From: the human T2T-CHM13v2.0 reference genome, Homo sapiens
Assembly (NCBI RefSeq): GCF_009914755.1
Contig: NC_060935.1
Reading direction: 5' to 3' (one strand)
Length of the DNA: 64,000 bases
The stretch's first letter is position 1. The number at the start of each line of letters is the position of its first letter. Of this stretch, positions 41,981-53,479 are shown in pieces. A program made the position numbers and the translations under genes. Below the pieces are notes generated by a model that did no database searches, was not told where the DNA came from, and saw nothing but the letters and a program-made list of their open reading frames with translations.

Positions 41981-42389
41981 AGAGTTGATTGACAGAAACC
42001 AAAATAGATGTATAGAAAAAATGTAAATTCAATTGATCAAGTAGTTATTAAATGTCTATTTATCTTGTAATATGGTCAACAATAGTCCCTATATCAACTG
42101 TGTATTTGTGACCACTATACATATTAGTTCACCAAATATCAGAACATTAAATAGCTGAGACAAAATTTGAATCTTGAAAGAGGCAATTAACACTAGGTAG
42201 TGTGAAAGGAGAAATATTATTTTCATGTTTCACACAAAGCATAATGCCTGCCATCTAACGGCTGCTTAATCAATTTGTGTTGAACAAATAAGTAAGAGGG
42301 TAGATGAAACATTGACATTGCAGGTGTACAACCCAATTCTTTCAAAGTTTTATTTTCTCAAGTTGCGCACTTAGTGGGGGAAGAAATTA

Positions 42390-42710
42390 CTGTAGTCTCT
42401 CCTTATCCTCAAAGAACCTACGACCCCCAGTGGATACCTGAAATTGCAGATAGTATCCAACTCGATATATACTGTTTTTTTTTCCTGTACATACATACTT
42501 GAGATATAGATTAATTTTAAATTAGACACAGTAAAAGATTAATAACAATAACTACTTATAAAATGGAATCATTATAACAATACTCAGAAAAGCACATTTA
42601 AACCTATGAATTGTCTATTCCTGAAGGTTTCCTTTTAATATTTTCAGACTGATTGACCAATGGTAACTGAAACAACAGAAAGTAAAACCACAGATAATGG
42701 GAGCCTACTG
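42390..42710. mobile_element. Tigger-derived MITE (MER44/Tigger7-like)
   Basis: Terminal inverted repeats ctgtagtctctccttatc / gataatgggagcctactg flanked by TA on both sides. Confidence 0.75.
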
Positions 42711-42884
42711 TATACCATTTATTTTGTCCTAATATCTGATAATATTGAGCATCAGTAAGTGATATGGCACGTCTATAATAGATTCCCTTTTTTAAAATCT
42801 CTAATATTAGAGATGGTTTCTATCACTACAAAAATATACATTTTTTTTCCTGTAAGGAATCTGTTGTGTTTCATTATGTAACAC

Positions 42885-43160
42885 TAGGGAGAGATTTGTT
42901 AAAAGATACAAAATTTCAGCTAAATAAGAAGAATGTGTTCTATTGTTCTGTACTACTGTACAATGACTATAGTTAACAATAATGTATTATGTAGTTTCAA
43001 ATAGCAAGAAGGAGGATATTGAATATTCCCAACAAAAAGAAAGGATAAATGTTTGAGATGATAGATATATATGATCTGATCACTGTATATTATGTATTTT
43101 AAAACATCACTATGTACTCCCAAGAATATATACAGCTATTATTTGTCAATTAAAAAATAA
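42885..43160 (+). mobile_element. L1MA 3' end fragment
   Basis: gatacaaaatttcagcta..gactatagttaacaataat..gataaatgtttgagatgat..A tail. Confidence 0.75.
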
Positions 43161-45165
43161 GCCCTTTTAAAATATAAGTGATATAAGAGACTGTAACAAT
43201 CACAGTAGAAGAAGAATTTCATTAGACAAGTCTGTGAGATCCTTCCAAGCTAGTATTTGTCAAAGTATAAGCCATGTAATGTGGGGCATTTTGAAAAATT
43301 TAATTTTATGGGTCAACATCAGACCTAATAAACCAGAATCTATACAGTAGTGTAGGCTAGGAAGCTGCTTTGAAACCAACAAACACAAGAGATAATGTGA
43401 ATACAATTGTGGGAAATATTGTATTTACTCATAATTTGAGCATTAAATGGAGAACATGACTTTGATTTGTACCGCAGGTTTCTTGTTCATTTTCCTAGAT
43501 GGCATACTTATTATCAGACAATGATACTACGTATATACCTTTAAGCACAATTAAAAATAATTGAATGCCTGAGTTAAAAGTAGACACATCCATGTTTGTT
43601 GACATAGATGGTAATATAATTTCAACACATGTTAACAGCATTAAATCAGTGAGTAGGAAAGCTTACTTCCATTTCATGGGAGGGTTATCTGGGAAACAGA
43701 CAAATGCTATCTGAGATTCCCTAACATCATATGTCTCCTTTAGTTTCATAATAATTTAGTGTTTCATACATGTTTCACGTCTATATATCTACCAATAACA
43801 TTAAAATAACATGATTTTTAAAACGAAATCAATTGATTTTTTCAATGTGTCTGCTGCCGTTTAACTGAAAAACACAAAAATGAGGAATATATATTTCCTA
43901 ATGCTTCCATTAGAGATATACCCTAGGCAAATTAAGAATAGACCCTGGAGTATGATTAAAATATGAATCTCAAGAGATCAAAGATGCTAATTGAACAACA
44001 TTTTTATTAGGTGAGTTTGAGGAAAAGTTGCAGGTATAAGAATACTGCTTAACACATGAGCTTTCAAAAGAAAATCTTTTGTCATGGGATTGCTTTAGAA
44101 ATACACTAAGACAAAAACAATTCTAAATAGGAATCCAGACTTGAGCAAAAAATATAAATTTTTAATTCTCAAGAATGTGCACAAAAAACAAGTTAACAAG
44201 AAGTTAATTTGGCTCTTATTTCTAGCCTATCAATGAAAGGTAATATATACAGTACCTAATACTATCATCAAAACCATCAACATTTTTTCATCAACATCAT
44301 AACATTTAGGGTCCATTATACAGGAAATAGAGCTCTATACTAAATAACAACTTTTGTTATTTGATATTTAGCATTGTAGATGAGGCAAAAATAATGAACT
44401 TGAAAATAAGTGAAAGATTGCTGAAACATAGGATGTTTCCTCTGGGTGACTGAATCCCAGGTACATCTAATTTTCTCATCTGCTTTTTCCTAAAATTTGT
44501 GTGTCTGTCTGTCTGTGAGTATAGTTTGCATGTTTCTCACATTGGGAAACTTGTTATTTTTTTAATGTCTGCATCTTACATTAGGCTTTAAGAAAAATGC
44601 CCTTCATGACAGGCAAGACAAAATGCCTTCATTGAATAAATGCTTGTCAAGTAAATGAATGGATAAATAGGAACACTGTGACCATGGAACACATTAAATG
44701 ATTAAGTACATGTGATATATAATAAGAATAATATGTTATATTATTATTATTGATAATAATTATTATCAAGTCCCATTTGGTTACTCAAGGAGAGTGCTAA
44801 ATGTCTAAACAAAGGTGATTATTTAACTTTGCTTGGCGGGCTAGTTTCAAATGCATTTATTCGTCATATATTTATGTTAAGTTAATTAGGCAATAAAGTT
44901 CTTTAGTTTCTAGCATGCCCACCTTATAATTTAATTCTTATTTTTAAATGTAACAAATCAGGTTTGTTTTACTGTTTTTAACATTTATTTATATCATTGT
45001 CTTAAAAACTGCTGTTCAGCAATGAATTGGCTAGCACCTGATGTCATAGATTAATATGTGCAATATATCTAGAAACAATCATGTTGTTTGAACAAACATA
45101 CATGAAAGAATTTAAACTATGTTATAGATGAAGGCCCTCATTTGGTCTTATCTCACTGAATTTTT

Positions 45166-45341
45166 TATTAGATAAACTGCTCTATTCATTAGATACAATT
45201 CATTTTGTTAGATAACTTGCTATATTTATTAGATACAGATTGATTTCATTAGATAAGTTGCTATATTCATTAGATACAATTAATTTCATTTGATAATTTG
45301 CTATATTTGTTAGATACAATTGATTTCATTAGATAAATTGC
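45166..45341. repeat. Minisatellite, 40-bp period made of alternating 21/19-bp TTAGATA subunits (9 subunits)
   Basis: TTAGATA at 45168, 45189, 45208, 45229, 45249, 45270, (45289 variant), 45310, 45329. Confidence 0.9.
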
Positions 45342-45612
45342 CAGACCCAATGACAGACAGGGGTAGAGAATGGTACATCTTAGGAGGAATTTCTACACAT
45401 CTTTCCAGACATGTATTTTTTAGTCTACACAATCGTGAATTTGAGTTTTTTTCTGTATTAATGTCTGTAAGTTTTCAGTTTTATAAAAAATAAAAATTAT
45501 CCGTAAATCTCTAGCTAACTTCAGGTCATTAAATTTTACTTTCCATTTGTAAAACTTTCATGATTGGAGTCTAAGTCAAATTTGATTATAGGGCCTTTAG
45601 ATTTGAATCCTT

Positions 45613-45647
45613 CTCTAACTTTCCTTATTGTTATTCAGCAGGTAAGT
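45613..45647 (+). other. 3' splice site of the OR8I2 5' UTR intron (branch CTAAC, pyrimidine tract, CAGCAG) followed directly by GTAAGT
   Basis: ctctaactttccttattgttattCAGCAG|GTAAGT, 28 nt before the ATG. Confidence 0.6.
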
Positions 45648-45668
45648 CAAAGGCCTGAGTTGATATAA

Positions 45669-46601
45669 ATGGCTGGCAACAATTTCACTGAGGTTACCGT
45701 CTTCATCCTCTCTGGATTTGCAAATCACCCTGAATTACAAGTCAGTCTTTTCTTGATGTTTCTCTTCATTTATCTATTCACTGTTTTGGGAAACCTGGGA
45801 CTGATCACGTTAATCAGAATGGATTCTCAGCTTCACACCCCTATGTACTTTTTCCTGAGCAATTTAGCATTTATTGACATATTTTACTCCTCTACTGTAA
45901 CACCTAAGGCATTGGTGAATTTCCAATCCAATCGGAGATCCATCTCCTTTGTTGGCTGCTTTGTTCAAATGTACTTTTTTGTTGGATTGGTGTGTTGTGA
46001 GTGTTTCCTTCTGGGATCAATGGCCTACAATCGCTACATAGCAATCTGCAATCCCTTACTGTATTCAGTAGTCATGTCCCAAAAAGTGTCCAACTGGCTG
46101 GGAGTAATGCCATATGTGATAGGCTTCACAAGCTCGCTGATATCTGTCTGGGTGATAAGCAGTTTGGCGTTCTGTGATTCCAGCATCAATCATTTTTTTT
46201 GTGACACCACAGCTCTTTTAGCACTCTCCTGTGTAGATACATTCGGCACAGAAATGGTGAGCTTTGTCTTAGCTGGATTCACTCTTCTTAGCTCTCTCCT
46301 TATCATCACAGTCACTTATATCATCATCATCTCAGCCATCCTGAGGATCCAGTCAGCAGCAGGCAGGCAGAAGGCCTTCTCCACCTGCGCATCCCACCTC
46401 ATGGCTGTAACTATCTTTTATGGGTCTCTGATTTTCACCTATTTGCAACCTGATAACACATCATCGCTGACCCAGGCGCAGGTGGCATCTGTATTCTATA
46501 CGATTGTCATTCCCATGCTGAATCCACTCATCTACAGTCTGAGGAACAAAGATGTGAAAAATGCTCTTCTGAGAGTCATACATAGAAAACTTTTTCCATG
46601 A
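45669..46601 (+). CDS. OR8I2: Olfactory receptor 8I2 (310 aa)
   Basis: Intact 7[14 protein letters not shown]...RVIHRKLFP with [37 protein letters not shown]. Confidence 0.92.
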   Translation: MAGNNFTEVTVFILSGFANHPELQVSLFLMFLFIYLFTVLGNLGLITLIRMDSQLHTPMYFFLSNLAFIDIFYSSTVTPKALVNFQSNRRSISFVGCFVQMYFFVGLVCCECFLLGSMAYNRYIAICNPLLYSVVMSQKVSNWLGVMPYVIGFTSSLISVWVISSLAFCDSSINHFFCDTTALLALSCVDTFGTEMVSFVLAGFTLLSSLLIITVTYIIIISAILRIQSAAGRQKAFSTCASHLMAVTIFYGSLIFTYLQPDNTSSLTQAQVASVFYTIVIPMLNPLIYSLRNKDVKNALLRVIHRKLFP

Positions 46602-46949
46602 CAAATTTATGTATGTTACAATTAAAACAAAGGTGGATGGCTTCAGGAATTCAGTTATGCCAACAACTAGGAAAATAGTAGAGTAACCTCAAAAAGCGTA
46701 ACACAAACTAAATGAGAACTTAGAGTCTTGAAGTTTGTGAATTGAATTATTATTTCATTTGTTTATATGGACCACTAACTCACTGTATTTGGAGGTCAAT
46801 TCGGCATATAAATTATTCAGACATAGACATGTACAAGGAAATAAGAGGCACCTGAACATGCATATATAAGCATGCCATCACACTGAAACATGTTTAAAAT
46901 TATTACATTAAGAACATGCAATTTTTGTCATTCTGTGCCCAGCTTATAT

Positions 46950-47200
46950 CACATAACTGGATTGTTTGTATTAGATTGTTGCAAAAGTAATTGTAGTTTT
47001 TTGTCATTAAAAAAGAAAACAGCAAAAACATCAATTACTTTGCACCAACATAATAACTCGATGGATAAATGCTTGATAACAAGGATAACCCATTCTCCAT
47101 TATGTGCTTATTTCACATTGCATGTCTGTTTCAAAATATCTCACGTACTCAATAAATATAGACATCTACTATGTACCCACAAAAATTAAAAATAAAAAAA
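46950..47200 (+). mobile_element. L1MA/L1PB 3' end fragment hosting MADE1
   Basis: ataactggattgtttgta|...actc..ggataaatgcttga..cccattctccat..tatgtacccacaaaaattaaaaataaaa. Confidence 0.75.
46971..47053. mobile_element. MADE1 (Hsmar1 MITE)
   Basis: Inverted termini ttagattgttgcaaaagtaattg / caattactttgcaccaacataa with TA on both sides. Confidence 0.9.
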
Positions 47201-48706
47201 CCTTAAAAAGTAAAAAAAAATATTAAATTGACAATATAAACTTACACTGTTTTCTCAGCTACTAGTAAATTGAGAATAAGAAATTGGAAGATTAAGAGAT
47301 AAGAACAGTTAAATTTTACAAAAAATATAAAATGCTGATCACCCGAAAGCAAAGAGTCTGGAACTAAAGAAACAAACAAAAATAAAAAAGCAATATTAGC
47401 CACAGGGAAAAATAAACGATTGAAGTAATTTCAGTGCAAACACTAATGGGACAACAGACACCAGGCAGTATGGAGAAATCTCTTGATAATATGGAGTCAT
47501 TTGCTCCTAACGGTTAAGTTCTTGATCATGTATGTATGAACACAATTTTTTTTACATAGAAAAGTGATCAGTTTATGGCATTTTTTTCTAATAAAAACAG
47601 CAGAGTTTAATTTCTCATAGAATGTCTCACTAGCTGAGGCATAATCCCTAGATCATTTTGGATTTATACAGATTCTTGCATCACCAAATCAAACAAAAAG
47701 ACATTGTTAAATCTACAGTATTAAAGGAAGAAAATGTGTGTGTATGTGTTCGTGTGTGTGGGGTGGAGAGATGGTGCTTTTCTTGCAAAGAGACTTAAAC
47801 CTGATTTAACGAACTCTCCCAGGTGTTGCTAGAAGGTAACCATCGAAAAAGTTTTATCAGTACTGCCTTTCATGTCTATGAATGAATGAACAATTATCAG
47901 AGTTGGGCTATCATATGTATGTTGAAAGGAATGGAAGATTAATTTGATGAGGCTCTTTTAAAAGAAAATGTATGTGCTTATAATATTACTCTCCAGCAAG
48001 ATTGTAAGCTCTTTGAGAGAAAAGTTTGCCTTTTCTTATTTGTGCACTTCATAACAACTAGCAAATGTATCAATACGAAGTATATAAGTAAATATTTTCT
48101 TTTGTTTTCATTTGTGTGTGGAAGCACAGTGATGAATTCATTAGGGCCACAGTGTCTGTCTTACTCATATTTGTATATTTCTTTGGTGCAGTTTTGTACA
48201 TAATCTTATTCAAACGTCAGTTTAGTTAGAAATTCTATTTTTAGAATTCTTGCTCAAACATTTCTCATTCATATATTAAATATGGCATAGTGATTTACTG
48301 ATATATTTCTTCCCAAATGACTTTTTTTTCAGAATGGCTAGAATATGGAACTAAGTATATGCCGCATATATGAATTTAAATAATAGAAGACAACTGATTA
48401 GGAATTCTCATCTCTCCATAGTCACAAACCTACTTCTGTAAAGAGAATATCAGTCTTCAGTCTTGGTAGTGGCTGAAGATAGCTCATGTGAATGGACCTG
48501 GGTGTGCACATGGTTGGGGCTTAGAAAATGATATCGCAAAGAATGATGCTTTGGCATACTGATCACTTTGAAATAAGAAATTGCAAGGCCTTAGAAGCTG
48601 CCTTGGAGCCAAAGACTTGTTAACCTTCTCTGTTTCCCTCCCAGCAAGCACAGGGAAGGACATGCTCTGGAATTTTCTTACCTGACTGAGGAAACATCTT
48701 CTGAAA

Positions 48707-48810
48707 CATGTATACATATGTAACTAACCTGCACATTGTGCACATGTACGCTAAAACTTAAAGTATAATAATAATTAAAAAATAAAGCAAATGAATAAAC
48801 AACAATAAAA
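48707..48810 (+). mobile_element. Ultra-short young L1PA 3' tail
   Basis: catgtatacatatgtaactaacctgcacattgtgcacatgtac..taaaacttaaagtataataata followed by an A-rich tail. Confidence 0.85.
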
Positions 48811-49127
48811 AGAAAAGTAATTGTCTTAAATGCCTTCTCTAGTATCTCATTAATTAACTAGGAAAGATTAACCACTGAAGAAGAGAAGAGACTAAAAGTT
48901 GTCACCATACTCACACATAGGGTTCATCTATTCTTCTGAAGGGATCTCCAAGAGATTATGTAAGAGATTTTATCAGCATAATAGATGGCATTTGTTCACA
49001 ACAATGTTCTGTCCCTTCCCTTAAATTGCTGGTTCCATTCAGTTTCCTACTAGAATCATTTATAAACAGTCTATGCTTTGGGTTCATTCATTTCTCCCCT
49101 GTGAAAAGGGTATTTAGGCCTCAATCA

Positions 49128-49726
49128 TATCCATTGAGTTATTATGTTGGTGCAAAGTAATTGCGGTTTTTGTTGTTTTTTTTTTAATGACAAAAAACCA
49201 CAATTACTTTTGCAGCAGTCTAATACAAACAATCCAGTTATGTGATATAAGCTGGGCACAGAATGACAAAAATTGCATGTTCTTAATGTAATAATTTTAA
49301 ACATATTTCGGTGTGATGGCATGCTTATATATGCATGTTCAGGTGCCTCTTATTTCCTTGTACATGTCTATGTCTGAATAATTTATATGCCGAATTGACC
49401 TCCAAATACAGTGAGTTAGTGGTCCATACAAACAAATGAAATAATAATTCAATTCACAAACTTCAAGACTCTAAGTTCTCATTTAGTTTGTGTTACGCTT
49501 TTTGAGGTTACTCTACTATTTTCCTAGTTGTTGGCATAACTGAATTCCTGAAGCCATCCACCTTTGTTTTAATTGTAACATACATAAATTTGTCATGGAA
49601 AAAGTTTTCTATGTATGACTCTCAGAAGAGCATTTTTCACATCTTTGTTCCTCAGACTGTAGATGAGTGGATTCAGCATGGGAATGACAATCGTATAGAA
49701 TACAGATGCCACCTGTGCCTGGGTCA
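49128..49726 (-). pseudogene. OR8I4P: Inverted partial duplicate of OR8I2 (last ~43 codons plus 3' flank, including a MADE1 copy at 49142-49223)
   Basis: Reverse complement matches 46468-47067 with ~12 differences by manual count. Symbol from remembered gene order. Confidence 0.85.
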
Positions 49727-51875
49727 TCAAAGACTTCTCTGAATCTCATATTTTGAGTGGCTCTTGTGCTTATGCAGATTAATAGATGTGCATGCCTTTT
49801 CTCCTGTTTATCTATTGTCAGATCATTACAGCCGATTTGAAACTTCAGAGGGAAATGGAAATTCACTTTACCACTACACATTCATACATTCTAAATAAAA
49901 TGATCATTTTTATAAGTGTATAAAACATCATGACTTTTACACTTTATTATGTTTACCCTGATTCTAGTGTATGCATTTTTACTTTTAATTGTACTGAATT
50001 TATATTTTTCTATAGATAATTTCAAATATTCTTATTTACTTAGTATTAATAAAATTATGTACCAAATTTATCTTTGAAAGTTATTAACATTTTTATTGCT
50101 AATCTGTTTCTAGGAGCAAAATCATACCACATTTTTTTTTTGCTCATCTAAACACATAACAACATATTTTATTTACCCAAAATTGTGCCTAAATGTCCAT
50201 ACATACTCTTCTCAATATGCTTCTCACAATTTCCCCTAGTATATTAATATCTTCCATCATTCTCTCTAGTTGCTCTGTGTGCACCTTCCCTCTAGATCCT
50301 GCAATGCAAGTCTTTCCAGGATAAACCTTGCCTTTTTTCCAGTCATTCCTTGTGCCTCACTCTTCCAGCACTCTTGATCTTTCCCACATCAGAAGATTAA
50401 TTGTAGTCTTTGAAACTAAGTCCCTGGCAGTATCCTACTCTGTGCAATAGTCCAGATATCTCTTTCCTTTTTGAATATGCTGAACAAAAACACTCAATTT
50501 AAAATATGTTTGATGCATAAGGCTTCAAAATAAAAATACATAGTTTTGGTTCTGTCTGTTTAATCAGTGGTGCCCTCGTAATGTTCCTGTCTACCATTTG
50601 TATTCCTTGAGTTTGTGTTCTATTTCACTAACTTTAAGATAAATTTTTGTATCAAAAGTTTTTAAAAATTCTTTTTAAAACTTGTTTCATTTCAAGAAGG
50701 ATTTCAAAAACTTCTGAAGAAACAAATTAGTCAATGAAAATAAACTAAATTCAGTAAAATTGATTTTTGATATCATAGAGATTCTGACTCATTCTCATAG
50801 CTGTATATTAAGATTAAAGGTCCATTTAAAATGAATTCAAAGTTACTGTCTGTTACTTGGAATAACTAGTATAGAATGGCTGGAATTTGCAGAGATATTT
50901 GCCTTTTAAAATCGGGGAAGAGAAGGATGGGTAGAAAAACTGTCTTAAATTAATAGCTAAAGATAACAGATACAAAAGAAAAATATAGTTTAGGAAATAA
51001 TGTACAGAAATGTTAGCATTATGAAATATAAATGTATTAGAGAACTATATAACTTTTATATTTATTCATGGTAATGAATGCCTCTAAAAAGTCAAAGATT
51101 GTTCAGAACTCAGTATATTATTTTGCTTACACAATTTTTACTAAAGTAAAGTGATACAAAACATTAGGACAAAGTAACTAATTTTATAGAACATTGCTTT
51201 TACTCTTCCACTTGCCTGAAATTCAGTCTCTGGGTATTTTTATGGCTCTCTGTTTCACTTATTTCAATATGGCCCCATCACTGCAGCCTTTTCTGAAAAT
51301 TATTTTTTAAGAAAGAAACCTCAAAAGTCTCCATGCGCTATCTCCACTTTTTCTTCACAGCACTCTTACCTCATAGTACTGCTTGTCATTCCTTCAACTA
51401 CCCGGTCCATCCTTTTCACAGGTCCTTCGCCCTAATGATCCATCCGTGTGGAACACATTCCCACCCTGTACCTACATGACTAACTCTTCCCTCCTTCAAG
51501 TCTTTGCTCACCTGTCATCTTTTCACTGAGATACACCTTGTCCTCCATTTTGGTTGCTTCCTCATGCCCCTGTTTCTGAACACCCCTCCCACCTTTTATG
51601 CTGTTTTACATTTCCTTTATTTCATTTATAGTACATGTTACCTTCTAATATGTTGTTATCACTGACCTTTGTATTTATTTGTTTCCCCCTGCTGAGAATC
51701 TATAATCTACAAGTACTCTAATAGAAAAGACCAGACTTGCATATCAACATTTGAATCTTTCTTTCCCACAATCTATGTGTAATTTATAGTAGTTTATTAA
51801 AAGTAATTTATAAATTTAGAAAGCTTAACTTAAAGCAGTCATAACCACAATGCAATGCAGTAAAAAATATACATT

Positions 51876-52169
51876 GGCTGGATGCAGGGGCTCACACCTG
51901 TAATCCCAGCACTCTGGGAGGCTGAGGCAGGAAGATCAGTTGAAGTCAGGAGTTCAAGACCAGCCTGGCCAACTTGGTGAAACCTCATCTCTACTAAAAA
52001 AATACAGAAATTAGTCTGGTGTGGTGGGTGTGCCTGTAGTCCCAGCTATTCGGGAGGCTGAGGCAGGAGTATTGTTTGAACTTAGGAGGCAGAGGCTGCA
52101 GTGAGTCAAGATTGTGTCACTGTACTTCAGCCTGGGCAACAGAGCAAAACTCCAAATAAATAAATAAAT
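51876..52169 (+). mobile_element. Alu (AluS-type)
   Basis: Both arms, (TAAA)n tail. Confidence 0.95.
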
Positions 52170-52694
52170 ATTTATAAGATATAAATAATTTTAACTCACA
52201 ATTTTAAAAACTTAGAATCATAATTTTATTATGATTTCAATAACTTAATGACTAAGCATCTCTGAGGTTAATCTTAGTCAAATAAGAAATGAAAATTTTA
52301 ACTTTAGACTATATAATATGCCACAATAGGAACAATTCAGATTACTATGTATATAGGTGAAAAGTGACATCTGGGTGAATAATACAAACATTAAATTCTG
52401 GTATTATTAAACAGGTAACCATAAGAAAATACTTTTACTAGGTGGTAGAGAAAAAATCATGAATCCAACCTGATAAAGTAGGGGAAATAAAATGTTAAAA
52501 CAAAAAATAACTAAAATAACTAATGATTAAGCAAGTTAATAAGCATTTGAACAAAATCTATCAAAAAAGTAATTTTTTTAATTGAGCCAAAGATGAAAAA
52601 AAAGTAAACATAATGCAGAAGAGAGAGACAGATTGAAAAAGAGAACAGAAAAAGCATAAGAAACATAGTTTAAAATATAATGAACTAAGTCTGT

Positions 52695-52975
52695 ACACAT
52701 CTGTAATCCCAGCACTTTGGGAGGCCAAGGCAGGAAGACTGCTTGAGCCCAGGAGTTCGAGACAAACCTAGACAACATAGGGAGACCCCATCTCTACAAA
52801 GAATATAAAAAATTAGCCGAGCTGGTGGCGAGCACCTGTAGTCCCAGCTACTTGGGAGGATGAGTCAGGAGGATGGCTTGAGCCCAGGAGGTGGAAGTTA
52901 CTATTAGCCGAGATAGCACAACTGCACTCAGCCTGGGCAACAAAGCGAGACTCTGCCTCTAAATAAATAAATAAA
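52695..52975 (+). mobile_element. Alu (AluJ-like), slightly 5' truncated
   Basis: gcttgagcccaggag in both arms; TAAA tail. Confidence 0.9.
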
Positions 52976-53479
52976 TCATAAAAATATAATAACCTAGAAC
53001 GTTACATTATTTCATCATTTAAAGAGATTTAAAATCTCTGATCAGAATTAGGCTTCTGTAATGACATAGTAAATAGTAAAATAATTTTCCTGCCATTATA
53101 AACAACTCTGAACCTGAACAAAATGGTTTTGAATGTTAGAAAAGCATTGAGCAAGAAAACTCCTTGCTCACGGAGATTTTACGATCACCAATCCTATTGA
53201 GGTAGTTTTGACATAGTCACCTTTTGCCTCTTATTTGGCTTAAACCCTAATGTCATCTATTGTTAAAGAGTGTGATATCGGCTTTTAAATCTTCAAATCA
53301 ACCTGTCTCCGGATCACTAAATTTCTGATGAATACAATCGCCCTTCTCAAAGCTCACCAAAGGTACAATAAATACATACAAATGTAGCTGCTTTATACCT
53401 ACCAACAGATTATCTCCTGAAATTCTAGATTATGGGCATGCTTTCCTTCTAGACTCACTTTAAAATTTACATGAAATTG

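Larger units (their letters stand above)
48512..49878 (+). mobile_element. MER39/MER34-like LTR split by an L1 tail and by the inverted OR8I2 copy
   Basis: 5' end gttggggcttagaaaatgata; aagggtatttaggcctcaatca|...|tcaaagacttctctgaatctcatattttg; 3' part atgccttttctcctgtt..cttcagaggg. Confidence 0.65.

Noticed and set aside
45166-45341. CRISPR-like regularly spaced repeats (also 32202-32286)
   Set aside because: No unique spacers and a eukaryotic context; these are simple minisatellites.
46890-47189. Near-identical small ORFs here and at 49125-49322 suggesting a small-protein family
   Set aside because: They are by-products of the inverted duplication and run through MADE1 and L1 sequence.
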